DNA from: the human T2T-CHM13v2.0 reference genome, Homo sapiens
NCBI RefSeq assembly: GCF_009914755.1
Contig: NC_060936.1
Direction: 5' to 3' (one strand)
DNA: 64,000 bases
How positions within the stretch are numbered: position 1 is the first letter of the stretch; every line of letters starts with the position of its first letter. A program made the translations under genes and the position numbers. The notes under the pieces were generated by a model. The model was given only the letters and a program-made list of their open reading frames with translations. It did no database searches and had not been told where the DNA came from. Positions 21,392-39,308 of this stretch are shown here, one piece after another.

Positions 21392-24357
21392 CTGGAGAAA
21401 GGCAAAAGGAGATAAAGAAAGGGGGAGGGGGAGGAGAAAAAAGGTGAGTTATGCAGCCCAACTTGGTACAACATGCCTCCTAGGAAACACTGGAGTTTAA
21501 AATCTGACAGTCTAAGTCACCACGCAGGATTAGATAAAGGTGACAGGCAACAACAACCTTCCCCAAACATTTTTCAGTGGTCAAGTGAGAAGACATTCCC
21601 CTCCTAATTTCTCACACTTCCCCAAGTTCTACCAAAGTAAACCAACTATTTTAGGGTGAGGAGAACAGTCTAAGAGCAGCCTATCTCTAAATGGGGAGCA
21701 CAGACTCTTGGTAGGTTGAGAACAACATGCTTTCTATCCTTTCCCAGTTGTGCCCTCCCCTTACTTCTTGAAATGGACTGTATTCCCAAGTCTTTCTCAC
21801 AGCCAACAGAATTCCCACGAGAAGAACAGCTGTGCTACTCTGTCCACCCAAATATCATGAACAGAAAAGATACTGAAAACTGGAACAAAGAAGTTAGTGA
21901 GCAGTGACGATGATGGGGAATCTGAACTGAATAAGAAAACACAGGCTTTTATACTTTCAGGCTTCCACTAGGCTAGGAAACATCTGACTCTGTTAGAATA
22001 GTTTTGGGAAGGAGGTGCACAGCACAATTCAGTTCTTCCTAAAGTTGAAACACTTCAGAATTTAATATCAAGTATTAAAGTCACTTAGCTTCTTTATACC
22101 TTACCAGTTTACTTACTCACAAAACCCAAACAAGAAAACCAACCACAAAAGGACTGTAATAGTCTCTATAAACCTTCCTAGGTGATGTTAATTCTTCAGA
22201 CATCAATCCAAGATGAATTAGACATGAATTAGACCTCCAGGCAGAGAGCTTACTCACAAGGGTAGGGACTGTATTATGAAACTGTAACCTAACTTGTTAA
22301 ACCAGATTGTGGTGCTATTTTGGAAGAAGAGAATTGGAGAGCCTGTAACAGTGGCTCATGCCTGTAATCCCAGCACTTCGGGATGCCTGGGAGGGCGGAT
22401 CACGAGGTCAGGAGTTCCAGACCGACCTGACCAACATGGTGAAACCCCGTCTCTACTAAAAATACAAAAATTAGCTGGGCGTGGTGGTGTACACCTGTAA
22501 TACCAGCTACTCAGGAGGCAGAGGCAGGAGAATGGCTTGAACCCAGGAGGTGGAGGTTGCAGTGAGCCAAGATCGCGCTACTGCATGCACTCCAGCCTGG
22601 GTGACAGGGTGAGACTCCGTCTCAAAACAAAACAAACCAAAGAAGACAATTGGAGTGGCGAGAATACACTGGATCCCCACTCCTTAACTTGGAATTTAAG
22701 TGTTTCATTATGTCAAAATACACCAATGTTTGGCATGACAGTAAGACAGTATCTCTGGCATTCAGGAGGTAACACAGAATTGGATCAACAAATGCTCAAT
22801 GCTTAGAAGGGAATGTTAAGGGGGGCGGGGGGGAAGCCCGTGGTACCAAAATTCAAATTCAAAATTCACTCAACCAGTAATTCTGAAGTTCTTATGGCAT
22901 CCTACCATGGAAAAGACAAGGTGGCTCAACTAGTTTTTCCTGGAGAGTGGGTAGGCCAAAGTCTAACGATTACAGGAAAATGCTACCAAACATAATGAAT
23001 CAGAATTAAAAACATGGAATATGTTTTCTTCTGACTGGACCTCAAATGGAATAAGCACTCAAATACTTGCTTTGACACCATCAACAATTCCTTGAGCTTC
23101 CTTCTTCATTCTAATAGACTATCATTACAGATAAAACCTTGTGTATTTATCATTGGTACTTCCTTAATATAAGCCTACTATGCAACTCAGACTATTCAGG
23201 AATACGTTTAATAGCATTAAGGACTGTTTCAGAAGTAAATGCATTAGTTTTGAAGCTTGAATCAGATTATTCTAAATTCATCTGAATTTCAAATCTTCGT
23301 ATTTGTAAAATTAAGTTGTTCAATGACACAATCTCTAAAATCTCGTTTTGTACTGAAATTACAGAATCTTTAGAGAACAGTACTTTATTTTTTCCCTTCC
23401 TTAAGCCCCTTGTACTTCAAGAATTTCATATTGTTTATACTCCAGCTTAGAGCCCCCTATTGTCCTTCCTAGCAGCTGTATTAATCCCTTCAGCTGTTAA
23501 AATCAAACAGGTGGGAAGAAACTTTATGCTTTCAACTATAAGCAACTCTACTGTAACTCCAAAAAGGGACAGGAATTGCCCTTAAATAACAAATGAAATT
23601 TAAAAAAAACCAAAAAGGTGAGAATGAAAATTACAGCCTGAAGATTTCCTTCATTTAACGCTGCACAACTGACTCAGAAAGGCTATCATTTTAAGAACTT
23701 TTCATTACCTCCTCCTAAGTTTTCTACAGAGATATGTTTTAACCAGAATTTAAAATTAGCCTTCACAGTCGTTAATTTCGACGCTGAGGATAAAAGGATT
23801 TATTTCAATCCTGGGTTTCACACAATGATGCAGGAACTATTCCAGCACACTAGAAGTATCTCAGCACCACCAACCCATAAACAAGTTATCCGACCTAGGA
23901 CGACTCTGGGGCCCAGTAGGACACATTTACCACCAGCACACATCTCATCCAGACATGTGATAAAGGCACAATGCCAAGCTCTGCTAACTAAAACCTTGAT
24001 GCAACTTGCTGGCTGGAGTTTCACAAATGCTCCGGGCTCCTTGGCCTGTGTCATCTAGTTCCAATAGGTAAGAATCACTGAGCCCATTCCCTGCTGAGTT
24101 TTCCTATGTGAGGTGGGGGTTCCACAGGAGAGCTTCTTTTGAGGCGACAGGCATAACATAGAAAGCAAGCTAGGGTACTTTTAACGTCCACGAATCTTAA
24201 AAATATTATTTTTACTCCAAATCCCTAAAGAAGTATCTCCAGGATAGTAATTTTACGGTCTATCCTCCTTGGTAAAGCTGCAACCCCATCCTCCTAAAAA
24301 GTGTATTTCCCCTTGGTCATTTTGCCCACCAAATGGCTTTAGGGTTAATTTTAATTA

Positions 24358-24501
<144 letters not shown>

Positions 24502-24599
24502 TCACTTGCCCAACCCGGAGATAAGTATTCTTAAAAACTCCGAGGAGGGCTGTTAGAAAAAAATCGTGAGGGTGTTTGGTGACAACCTTCCCCAAAGCA

Positions 24600-25560
24600 C
24601 CTGGGAATAAGAGGTAAATATGATGTGACCCTCACGCCTCTATCAAGGCCAGCAATTCCCACTGCATTCTCAACCCGAGGGAGAGGATCCCGGGCTGGCT
24701 CTCGATCATGGGAGACTTCAGACGCTACTGTGAACCCCCTCCACTCCTAATACTCACACTGGCTGGGCTGGGGCCTCCTGGACTACGTTTGCCGACTTTG
24801 GGGTACCAGGAGGGGAAAGACGGTGTTTTAAGTCCAACACTTGCTTGTCACAGGGAGAACGGTGTTACAGGTTCTAAGGCTGTGACCCCTTACCCTTTTC
24901 TGGATCCTGTGAAGCAGTTCCCAAAACAAGACGCACTCCTCTTCCGCCCTCAACACTGCAACTGCTCCCATCTCTGCAGGCTCGGATTCTGGGCCCGCCC
25001 CGCAGCCCTTCTACCCTGCTTTTGCCAGGACACCAACCGCAGACCCCATTTTGTCCGGAGGCCCAGGGGCGAGTAGGAACCCTGTGGCCCAGTAAAGCCT
25101 CCAACTCTCCTTAACTCTCAGTCCCCGGGGCGGCTTAGCCCGAAAGAAAGGCGGATGGCTGCGGATAGACAGTAGCGGCACAGAAAGTACTTACTGTGCA
25201 GGGAACGCGGAACCAAGATGGCGGCAGAAAGACCGAGCGAGAGCGTGACCCACGCCTGTTGCAGAAGGAAGCCTGGAGCGGAGGGGGTGGGACTAGGATC
25301 CGATTCCGGGTCAAGAGCTGCCGGCAGCCACTTCCTTTGACGAGTGACTGTCAGGCCGTTCCCACGGCGGGGGTGGTGACAAGGACTAAAGGGTAAGAAT
25401 TTAGAACGGGACGCGCAGGCCTAGCAGGAGCTCTCTGCGCGGACCCACGCAGTCCTCAGAACTAAGCAGACTCCGCCCTCCGGTCCGCGAAGTGGCGACT
25501 GCGGTATTAAGTCGACCTCGCGATTTCTCAAATAGTGCAGGAAGAAGACATTAAATAGCG
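24600..25560. promoter_or_regulatory. NACA: NACA CpG-island promoter
   Basis: CpG-rich; YY1 motif CAAGATGGCGGC at 25214-25225; ETS-like CACTTCCT near 25329; TCT-type initiator. Confidence 0.85.
25195..25271 (-). other. NACA: NACA non-coding exon 1 (5' UTR; start approximate)
   Basis: Ends CCCTGCACA|gtaagt; pyrimidine-tract starts at about 25271 (CTTCCTTCT) and 25231 (CTTTCT). Confidence 0.85.
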
Positions 25561-25749
25561 AATGCTAGAGACTGCATTCACAACATTGGAGGGTGGAAGT
25601 GACTTAGGCTAACCAGTTATTTTTGGAACACACGATGTGAAAACATTTAAAAGCTGCTGGACCCTCTCCCCCCCCATCAACAACAACAAAAAAACCCATT
25701 TTAAAACTTGAGAGATGTGATGGGTCACATATAACTTCAGTTCAGATTA

Positions 25750-26631
<882 letters not shown>

Positions 26632-28063
26632 TAGCTGGGATTACAGGCATGCGCCACCACGCCAGTCTATTTTTTGTATTTTTAGTAGAGACGGGCTTTC
26701 TCCATGTTGGCCAGGCTGGTCTCCTCCTGACTTCAGGTGATCCGCCTGCCTCGGCCTCCCAAAGTGCTGGGATTACAGGCGTGAACTACCGCCCCTGGCA
26801 CTTCTTGGATATTCTAAGCTTATTTATTCTAGGTGTCTGGGACCCCACCTTAAACCATGCTTTGTACAACTGTATTTTTGAAAAGTAGAATGTAAAATCA
26901 GTGTTGTGTTAATGAAAAGCCTCCCATATCTTCCCACAGCCCTACAAAAGAACTCAACAAATATTTGCTGTACCTGAATTAGCTAAACCAGTCAACATTT
27001 ATTTATTTTTTGAGGCGGAGTCTCGCTCTGTCGCCCAGGCTGGAGTGCAGTGGCGCGATCTCGGCTTACTGCAACCTCGGCCTCCCGGGTTCAAGCGATT
27101 CTCGTCTCAGCCTCCAGAGTAGCTGGGATTATAGGTACCCGCCTCCCCGCCCGGACTCCTGACCGTAGGTTATCCGCCTGCCTCAGCCTCCCAAAGTGCT
27201 GGGATTACAGGTGTGAGCCACTATGCCTGGCCTGATTTAATAGCTTTAAGACGACTGTGGCCACCTTTTTTTTTTTTTTTTTTTTGAGACGGAGTCTCGC
27301 TGTCACCCAGGCTGGAGTGCAGTGGCGCGATCTCAGCTTACTGCAACCTCCACCTCCCGGATTCTGGCAATTCTCCTGCCACAAAACTTCTCCTGTTTCA
27401 CCGTGTTGCCCAGGCTGGTCTCGAACTCCTGAGCTCAGGCAATCCACCCGCTTCGGCCTCCCATAGTGCTAGGATTACAGGTGTGAGCCACCATACCTGG
27501 TGTGGCCGCCTTTTAAGGGAAGCAGTGAAAATTTAAAATGCTTTGAAAGCTACTTTAACATTTCTGAAATCCTTAGCGTAGTGAAATGAGGATTAGGATT
27601 GGTGAATTAAAATTAAGTGAGATAGTGGGGTTTACCAGGAATGGGAAATTCTGAAATCCTCCTCAAATAGGAGAGGCAATATTGTGGAGTCATTAAAGAC
27701 AGACTCTGAAATAAGACTCCTTTGTCTAAATCTATTAGGTCAGTTTAGGCAATTAACCTATATATATATTCATGTCAGTTTCCTGATCTGTAAAATGGGA
27801 AAAATAGTAGCTGCTTGATAGGATTGTTTGGAAGATTAAATTAGTCTGTGTGTATATATACACACACACACTCACACTCTAATTGGAAGGAAAAAGAAAC
27901 AGTCTATCTCATAAAATTATCCCATGTAATCTTTACATAAAACTTAAAAAGTTTGTTACTATTAAATTGTAGACATAATCAATTTCTACCTAATAAATAC
28001 ATGATCTGGAAGATTTTCAATGCAGTCCTTTAGTCCATTTACCTTCAGAAGGACCAGAAATAG

Positions 28064-28454
<391 letters not shown>

Positions 28455-28904
28455 TGAGCCACCACACCCGGCTAGCGTGTTTCTTAAGTTGGCAATTTTG
28501 AAGATAGAAGCCATTTCTTTGCCCCTTTGTTTCTACAGTTCTAATATGTGACTGAATTGGCAAATCAAGAAAAGGGGAAGTCAGTAGTCCTTGGGTATAT
28601 TTTTGCTGTCTTTAAGAACTAAACATTGGCTGGGCGCCGTGGCTCACACCTGTAATCTCAGCAGTTTGGGAGGCCAAGGCAGGTGAACTGCTTAACTCAG
28701 GAATTAGAGACCAGCCTGGGTAAGATGGCAAGACCCCGTCTCCACAACAAAATAAAACGTAAGCCTGGCAAGGTGGCGCATATCTGTAGTCCCAGCTACT
28801 CCAGAAGCTGAGGCACGAGGATCCCTTGAGCCCAGGAGTTAAGGCACTTCAATGCTAGACATATTTATAAAATGATAATGAAAGCTGAAAATGTCTCTTT
28901 TTGA

Positions 28905-29262
<358 letters not shown>

Positions 29263-29712
29263 TTAGTTCTGGAATAATGAGTCTCTAGTAATTTTGTATT
29301 CAGGAGTTTTAATCGACCCACTGTTTCTAGAACCTGAAGACTTAATAACCTATAGTACACATAAGCTCAAATAATGAAGAGTTTTTGGGCCAGGTGAGGT
29401 GGCTCACACCTGGGAGGCCAAGGCAGGTGGATTGCCCAAGCTCAGGAGTTCGACACCAGCCTGGGCAACATGGTGAAAACCTGTCTCTACTAAAAATACA
29501 AAAAATCAGCTGGGCGTGGCGGCGTGCACCTGCAGTCCCAGCTACTCGGGAAGCTGAGGCAGGAGAATCGCTTGAACCTGGGAGGTGGAGGTTGCAGGGA
29601 GGCGGATTGCTCCACTGCACTCCAGCCTAGATGACAGAGTGAGACTCTGGCTCAAAAACAAACAAATAAACAAACGAAAAAACCAAACAACGAGGAATTT
29701 TCCTTTTTTTGA

Positions 29713-29835
<123 letters not shown>

Positions 29836-30322
29836 TAGTAGAGACAGAGTTTCACCATGCTGGTCAGGCTGGTCTGAAATTCCTGACCTCAAGTGATCTA
29901 CCTGCCTCGGCCTCCCAAAGTGCTGGGATTATAGGTGTGAGCCACTGCACCCAGCAGGAATTTTCTTAAAATATAGGTCAAGGAATCAATGTGTTGACTG
30001 CATTATAGAGTCTGTTTCATATAAACCAGAAGATAAGAAAAGATTGATTGTAGAGGAAACAATGTTAAAGGAAATGCAAAGGAAGGAAAATTTTCATTGT
30101 CATTAAAAGCACCAGCCTGACAGCTTGCTTCTCAATGTTTCTCGGAAGACAGAATATAAACTAGAATGACTGTTTTGTTTAGATTAGTTGTAAAACAGGG
30201 CAAGAGAAATCGGACATATTAGAACCCATCTCACAAAATCAAACTTTAAAAACTGAAGTACCTAGATACATAAAAAGTCCCAAGTATTTTCACAAGTTTA
30301 ATACGTTTTATTTATTTTATAA

Positions 30323-30478
<156 letters not shown>

Positions 30479-30596
30479 TAGTGGAGACCGGGTTTCACCA
30501 TGTTGGCCAGGCTGGCCTTGAACTCCTGGCCTCAGTCGGGTGTGGTGGCTCACACCTGTAATCCCAGCACTTTGGGAGGCTGAGACAGGCAGATCA

Positions 30597-30890
<294 letters not shown>

Positions 30891-31566
30891 TTACAGGTAT
30901 GAGCCACTGTGCCTGGCCCTCTAGATATAATTAAATGTCTAAAACTTAAGGACAAAACCATCATTCACCCAAACATATGACGTATCAAGTGAGCTGAGAT
31001 GACAGTCCTATTACTGCTCACTTACCTCTATATATGGCAACTAGTAGAACTGGGTATTTATATCAGAAGCCTTAGAATTATCCTTGTAGAATATTGAATT
31101 TTACAAAATTATCTGCAATCCACTTATGCCTCCTTTTATTTCTCCTTCCAGGAACCTTGACACTCTCCTTGGTCGTCTCAGGAAATCTTACTTTTTTTTT
31201 TGTTTTGTTTCTTTTTTGAGATGGAGTCTCGCTCTGTCGCCCAGTGGCTGTGATCTCAGCTCACTGCAACCTCTGCCTCCTGGGTTCAAGCAATTCTCCT
31301 GCCTCAGCCTCCCAAGTAGCTAGGATTACTGTATGCACCACCACACCCGACTGATTTTTGTAGTTTTAGTAGAGACGGGGGTTTCACCATGTTGGCCAGG
31401 CTAGTCTCGAACTACTGACCTCAGGTGATCCGCCTGCCTCGGCCTCCCAAAGTGCTGGGATTACGGGTGTGAGCCACTGCACTTGGCCAGGAAATCTTTT
31501 CAACATAAATTATTTCTCAAGGAAAATTTACTTTGAGGTTTAAGACACATATATAGTTCTGCCATA

Positions 31567-31572
31567 TTTATT
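31567..31572 (-). terminator. PRIM1: PRIM1 polyadenylation signal AATAAA
   Basis: TTTATT on plus, about 73 nt after the TGA stop. Confidence 0.8.
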
Positions 31573-31644
31573 AAATGGCTCTTGAAGTATTTGATCTGTG
31601 GTTGAAGGCAGAAGATATCCACAATGGTTTGAGGAGCTCTGTCT

Positions 31645-31664
31645 TCAGAAATCTTTTTGTAAAT
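31645..31664 (-). CDS. PRIM1: PRIM1 exon 13 coding part (DLQKDF*)
   Basis: ttttag|AT TTA CAA AAA GAT TTC TGA; all 13 exons sum to 1263 nt = 420 aa + stop. Confidence 0.93.
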
Positions 31665-32809
31665 CTAAAATAGAATAGATAATATATGGAAGAACAGCAA
31701 AGGAAACAAAACAAAGCCCATTTACTTTTACATTCTTTTTTGCCTAATGCTTCTATTTAACACACATCATGCACAAAGATTTGCTTACACATTTGCTGAA
31801 GTCCACATCATAGGCTGAGCTAGTATGGAACAGTGAGGATACAAAGGACTTAATACGGCCAGTTGCAATGGCAGCTTCAACCAGGCTTTCCAAGCTCAGA
31901 GTTGTTGTTCATCCAATAATCACACATATGAGTGTCTACTGAGTAGAGCATTATCTTAGGCACTACTGCTTAAACTATCACATATTTAAATAAAAAATGA
32001 AGTGGCAAGATAATTTGTATTGCTATAACATTGTCACAGTTTTCTAGAGTAGCCTTCATCTCTTGAATAATATTCAATCTGCTGATTTTTTTCATATTGG
32101 CTTATACATATGCTCATATGTCTCCCATTTAGAGTACCCTTCATTTGACACTGCTATCCTCTTTGTGTTTCTTTCCAGTTATTATATGCAGCAGGATTTT
32201 ATTAGTTTCCTACTGTACCTGACACTTGATAATCTTGCACTTTTCTTTCCCCTGGCTTCTATAACATTTTCCCTTCCATCTTTCATCTCTTCACTTCTAA
32301 ATCATTAGCAAGTCTCAAGGATGGTTCCAGTATTTGCACCTTTCGGAGATCTCCAGTGCTACTGTTCTAGTGGCAATAGCGCAGTTGGCCTCTTGGGCTC
32401 TATTCTAGTCCCTGTCTTGCCCAGATTTATCTTTCTAGATAAAAACTACAAATCATGGCATTCCCTTCCTCAGAACTTTTAAAAGCTTCCTATTAAGCCC
32501 AAAACCAAGCCCAAACACATAAGCTTGGAATTCAAGGCCATTCAGTTTGCTTCTTTGGATTTATAGCCCATCACTTCTGGACACACCATATACTAGATTA
32601 GCTGTACTACTTGATGGCTTCCAGAGTAACTGGATGCTTTCCTGTCTGTCTTTGCTCTTGATGTTCCTTCAAGAATGAACAACCCTTGGCCTTTTTCCAC
32701 CTCCATACCCTTTATCTTATCATATTTCTGCTTGTGGAAATCCTTCTCATACCTTATGGTATAGTATATTGGCATTAGGGATTAGAAATTTTTTTTTTTT
32801 TTGAGATAG

Positions 32810-33103
<294 letters not shown>

Positions 33104-33106
33104 TGA

Positions 33107-33307
<201 letters not shown>

Positions 33308-33514
33308 TGAACTCCTGACCTCAGGCGATCCACCTGCCTCAGCATCCCAAAGTGCTGGGATTACAGGTGTGAGCCACTGCACCCGGCTAGGGATTAGAAT
33401 TCTTACAGCAGCTACACTGAAAGGAGTTCAGATACCACCATTTTCATATGAAATCTCAGAGTCCATCAGATAAAATCTCTTTCTTAGCATTTTGTACTTT
33501 TTTTTTTGTATTAA

Positions 33515-33824
<310 letters not shown>

Positions 33825-34076
33825 TAGTACTTCTTAAGGGCAAGGAGGCATGATGTTAATTCATCTTTGTCTCCCTTATAGACCTGATACTTAGAATGTG
33901 TTTAATAACTATGTGTTAAATTGAATTAAGGAACCTCAATTTCCAAAACATTAAGGATAGTAAGATAAATCTGTAAATTTTGGGAGGAGGGCAAAGAAAG
34001 ACTAGAACTCAAAAATTGCTCATTTCTACTAATAATAAGATCTAACTAGATAGAAGGGAAAGGCATAGCGTCTTAC

Positions 34077-34175
34077 CACTCTTCTTAAGAAGTTCTCCTT
34101 TTCGGGATTTATCCAGATTTTCAAGAAAATGTTCAAAAACTTTCACATAAGGTGCTAGACTGGTCTTCTTATAAT
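34077..34175 (-). CDS. PRIM1: PRIM1 exon 12 (DYKKTSLAPY...LLKKS)
   Basis: tttag| ... |gtaaga, 99 nt; within ORF 34042..34239. Confidence 0.95.
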
Positions 34176-34599
34176 CTAAATTATGAAGAATGTACATTAT
34201 AATTAGCATACTGGCAGCAAGAATAACATGAAAACACAACTAAGTTTCTTATAAGAATTCTCTAGGGCTGCCCAATTGAAATATGAGAGAAACATACATA
34301 CTTTTAAATACTATATTAGTCACATTAAAAAAGGTGAAATTATTACTGAGACAGGATTTCACTCTGTCATGCAGACTGAAGTACAGTGGTTCCGTCTTGG
34401 CTCACTGCAGCCTCGATCTACTGGGCTCAAGGGATCTTCCCATCTCTGCTTCCTGAGTAGCTATAACTACAGGCATGTACCACCATGCCCAACCAATTTT
34501 TTTTTTTTTTTTGGTATTTGTAGAGACGAGGTCTCACTCTGTTGCTCAGGCTAGTCTTGAACTCCTGAGCTCGAGTGATCTCCCAGCCTCGGCCTCTGA

Positions 34600-35025
<426 letters not shown>

Positions 35026-35263
35026 TGAGCCACCGCGCCCGGTCCATGCCTTTATTTTTGAGTCTTGCTCTGTTGCCAGGCTGGTATGCAGTGGTGCAAT
35101 CTTGGCTCGGGAACCTCCGCCTCCCGAGTTCAAGCGATTCTCCTGCCTCAGCCTCCTGAGTAGCTGGGACTATAGGTGTGTGCCACCATGCCCGGCTAAG
35201 TTTTTGTATTTTTAGTAGAGACGGGGTTTCACCATGCTGTCCAAGATGGTTTTGATCTCTTGA

Positions 35264-35491
<228 letters not shown>

Positions 35492-36012
35492 TAATTTTTT
35501 ATTTTTAGTAGAGACAAGGTCTTGTGTTGCTCAGGCTCTGGTCACGCCCTTTTGGAGATTATTAGAAGTTTTTACATTGAGTATTCTTGTTTTTTTTTTT
35601 TTGAGATGGAGTCTTGCTCTGTCTCCCAGGCTGGAGTGCAGTGGGGCAATCTCGGCTTATTGCAACCTCCACCTCCTGGGTTCAAGCGATTCTTCTGCCT
35701 CAGCCTCCCGAGTAGCTAGGATTATAGGCGCCCGCCACGACGCCCAGATAATTTTTGTATTTTTAGTAAAGATGGGGTTTCGCCATGTTGGCCAGGCTGG
35801 TCTTGAACTCCTGACCTCAGGTGATCCACCCGCCTCAGGCTCCCAAAGTGCTGGGCCTACAGGCATCAGCCACTACGCCTGGCCTGCATTAAGTATTCTT
35901 TGATTTATAAAATAGTTTAAAAAATGTATACAACAAAAAATTTAATATAGGCAGGGTGCGGTGGCTCATGCCTATAATCCCAGCACTTTGGGAGGCCGAG
36001 GCAGGTGGATTA

Positions 36013-36288
<276 letters not shown>

Positions 36289-37006
36289 TCATCCATTTAA
36301 TTATATAACCTATAATGATACCCAATGGGAAAATATGATTGAGAATAAGAAAGGAGTTTCACATAAAATTTGGATTTTAGTAGTATCCTACGTTTGCATG
36401 GAATTAAGAATCCTCATAATAGTTCTTTAAAAAGAGTAAGAAAGAAATTATACTTTTTTTTTTTTTGAGACGAAGTCTCACTCTGTTTCCCAGGCTGGAG
36501 TGCAGTGGCGCAACTTCAGCTCCCTGCAACCTCTGCCTCCCGGGCTCAAGTGATTCTTGTGCCTCAGCCTCCTGAATAGCTGGGACTACAGGTGTGCACC
36601 ACCATGCCTGGCTAATTTTTGTATTTTTAGTAGAGACGGGGTTTAACCGTGTTGGCCAGGCTGGTCCCAAACTCCTGACCTCAGGTGATCCACCCACCTT
36701 GACCTCCCAGAGTGCTGGGATTACAGGCGTGAGCTACTGCGCCCGGCCACATAATTTTCATTTTGAGACAAGGTCTCTCTCTGACACCCAGGCTGGAGTA
36801 CAGTGGTGTGGTCAAGGCTTACTGCAGCCTTAACCTCCTGGGCTCAAACAGCCTCTTGAGTAGCTGAGACCACAGGTGCCTGCCAGCATGTCTAGCTAAA
36901 TTTTTTTTTTTGGAGAGACAGGGTCTCTCTGTGTTGCCCAGGGTGGTCTCAAACTCCTAGGCTCCTCTTGCCTCGGCCTCCCAAAGTGCTGGGATTACAG
37001 GTGTGA

Positions 37007-37279
37007 GGTGAGCAGTAAGCGAGCATTACCGCCTGAGCTCTGCCTTATGTTAGATCAGCAGAAGCACTAAATTCTCAAAGGAGCATGAACCCTATTGTGA
37101 ACTGCGCATGTGAGGGATCTAGGTTGCGCACTCCTTATCAGAATCTAATGCCTGATGATCTGAGGTAAAAAAGTTTCATCCTGGAACCATCCCCAACTCC
37201 TCCCCCTCTCTTTGCAGTCCGTGCAAAAATTGTCTTCCACAAAACTGGTACCTGATGCCAAAAAGGTTGGGGAGTGCTG
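37007..37279 (+). mobile_element. MER1-type (hAT-Charlie) DNA transposon fossil, 5' part lost
   Basis: CCTATTGTGAACTGCGCATGTGAGGGATCTAGGTTGCGC...GCCAAAAAGGTTGGGGAGTGCTG. Confidence 0.75.
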
Positions 37280-37313
37280 CGCTGCTATGCGGCATCTTTT
37301 TTTTTTTTTTTGA

Positions 37314-37472
<159 letters not shown>

Positions 37473-37691
37473 TAGGATAGACAGGGTTTCTCCATGTTGG
37501 TCAGGCCGGTCTCGAACTCAGGACCTCAGGTGATCAACCCACCTGGGCCTCCCAAAGTGCTGGGATTACAGGTGTGAGCCATTGCGCCTGGCCTGCAGTA
37601 TCTCTTAGGTGTTAGATTTGCCTTCCATTAGCAGGAAGATTTAGAAATTCCTTAGCTTCTTCAAATTCTTTTTTTTTGTTTGTTTATTTGA

Positions 37692-37985
<294 letters not shown>

Positions 37986-38293
37986 TGAATATACAACTTG
38001 GTAAACAGTTTAGACATATGTTTACCATAAAACCCACCTATATGCATCAGAAACAAAGAAAAAAAGTACTGCATATATAATAGTTGTTAAATAAATAGGT
38101 GGTGAATCTCAGAGACTGATTATTCATACTTATTGATAGTTTAATCTTACAGTATAGATCCTAGCATTAAAAGTTACTTAGGAAATATGTGTTGAATCAG
38201 ACTGGATTCAATAACACCACTTGGGCTGCTGTTGAAGAAAGGACACAAACATTGTATGCAGTTCCAGGACAAATGCTGATCCATTCTAGTTGA

Positions 38294-38731
<438 letters not shown>

Positions 38732-39238
38732 TGATCCACGCGCTTTGCCCTCCCAAAGTGTTGGGATTACAGGCATGAGCCACCGCGCCTCACCACGAAC
38801 AAGAGAAGTTTAATGTTGGTTTCTGATCAGCATTATCCAGTGTATAATAGCATGTGAATCCCATAAAATTTACTGTAAAAAAATTATGCGGCCAGCTAAA
38901 TTTGGGATATTCTAAACACCATGATCTCTTCTTGGAGTTTTTCATGCATATTATCATATGAAAGACTGTGAAATACTGTAGTAAAAGATACTTTTAATCT
39001 GTTTAAGTCAGAATTTCCTAAATTTACTTGACCTTAAAATCTTTTTCTTACATAACAGCAGGTGAAAATCTTGTATTGTTCTATTAGGGCATCGTCATCT
39101 AACCTTTGAACCTTATTTGGTTTCCATAACCAAATATACCATTCCCATGCAACTACTTCTCTAAGGAGGCTAATTCAATTTATTTAAAATTCATAACAAC
39201 AATTACAAACAAGGAGTGATCAATGATCTGAAACATAC

Positions 39239-39308
39239 CTTATGGTCGGAACAGTAAATGGATCAAACTGGTCCACTTTCTGCAAATCAATAGGCACAGA
39301 TATGCGAC
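39239..39308 (-). CDS. PRIM1: PRIM1 exon 10 (GRISVPIDLQKVDQFDPFTVPTI)
   Basis: ttacag| ... |gtatg, 70 nt. Confidence 0.95.

Noticed and set aside
15768-21461. 1897-aa ORF as a stand-alone single-exon gene
   Set aside because: It starts at a non-ATG codon within the acceptor region and runs past the donor; the real unit is the internal exon 15872-21391.
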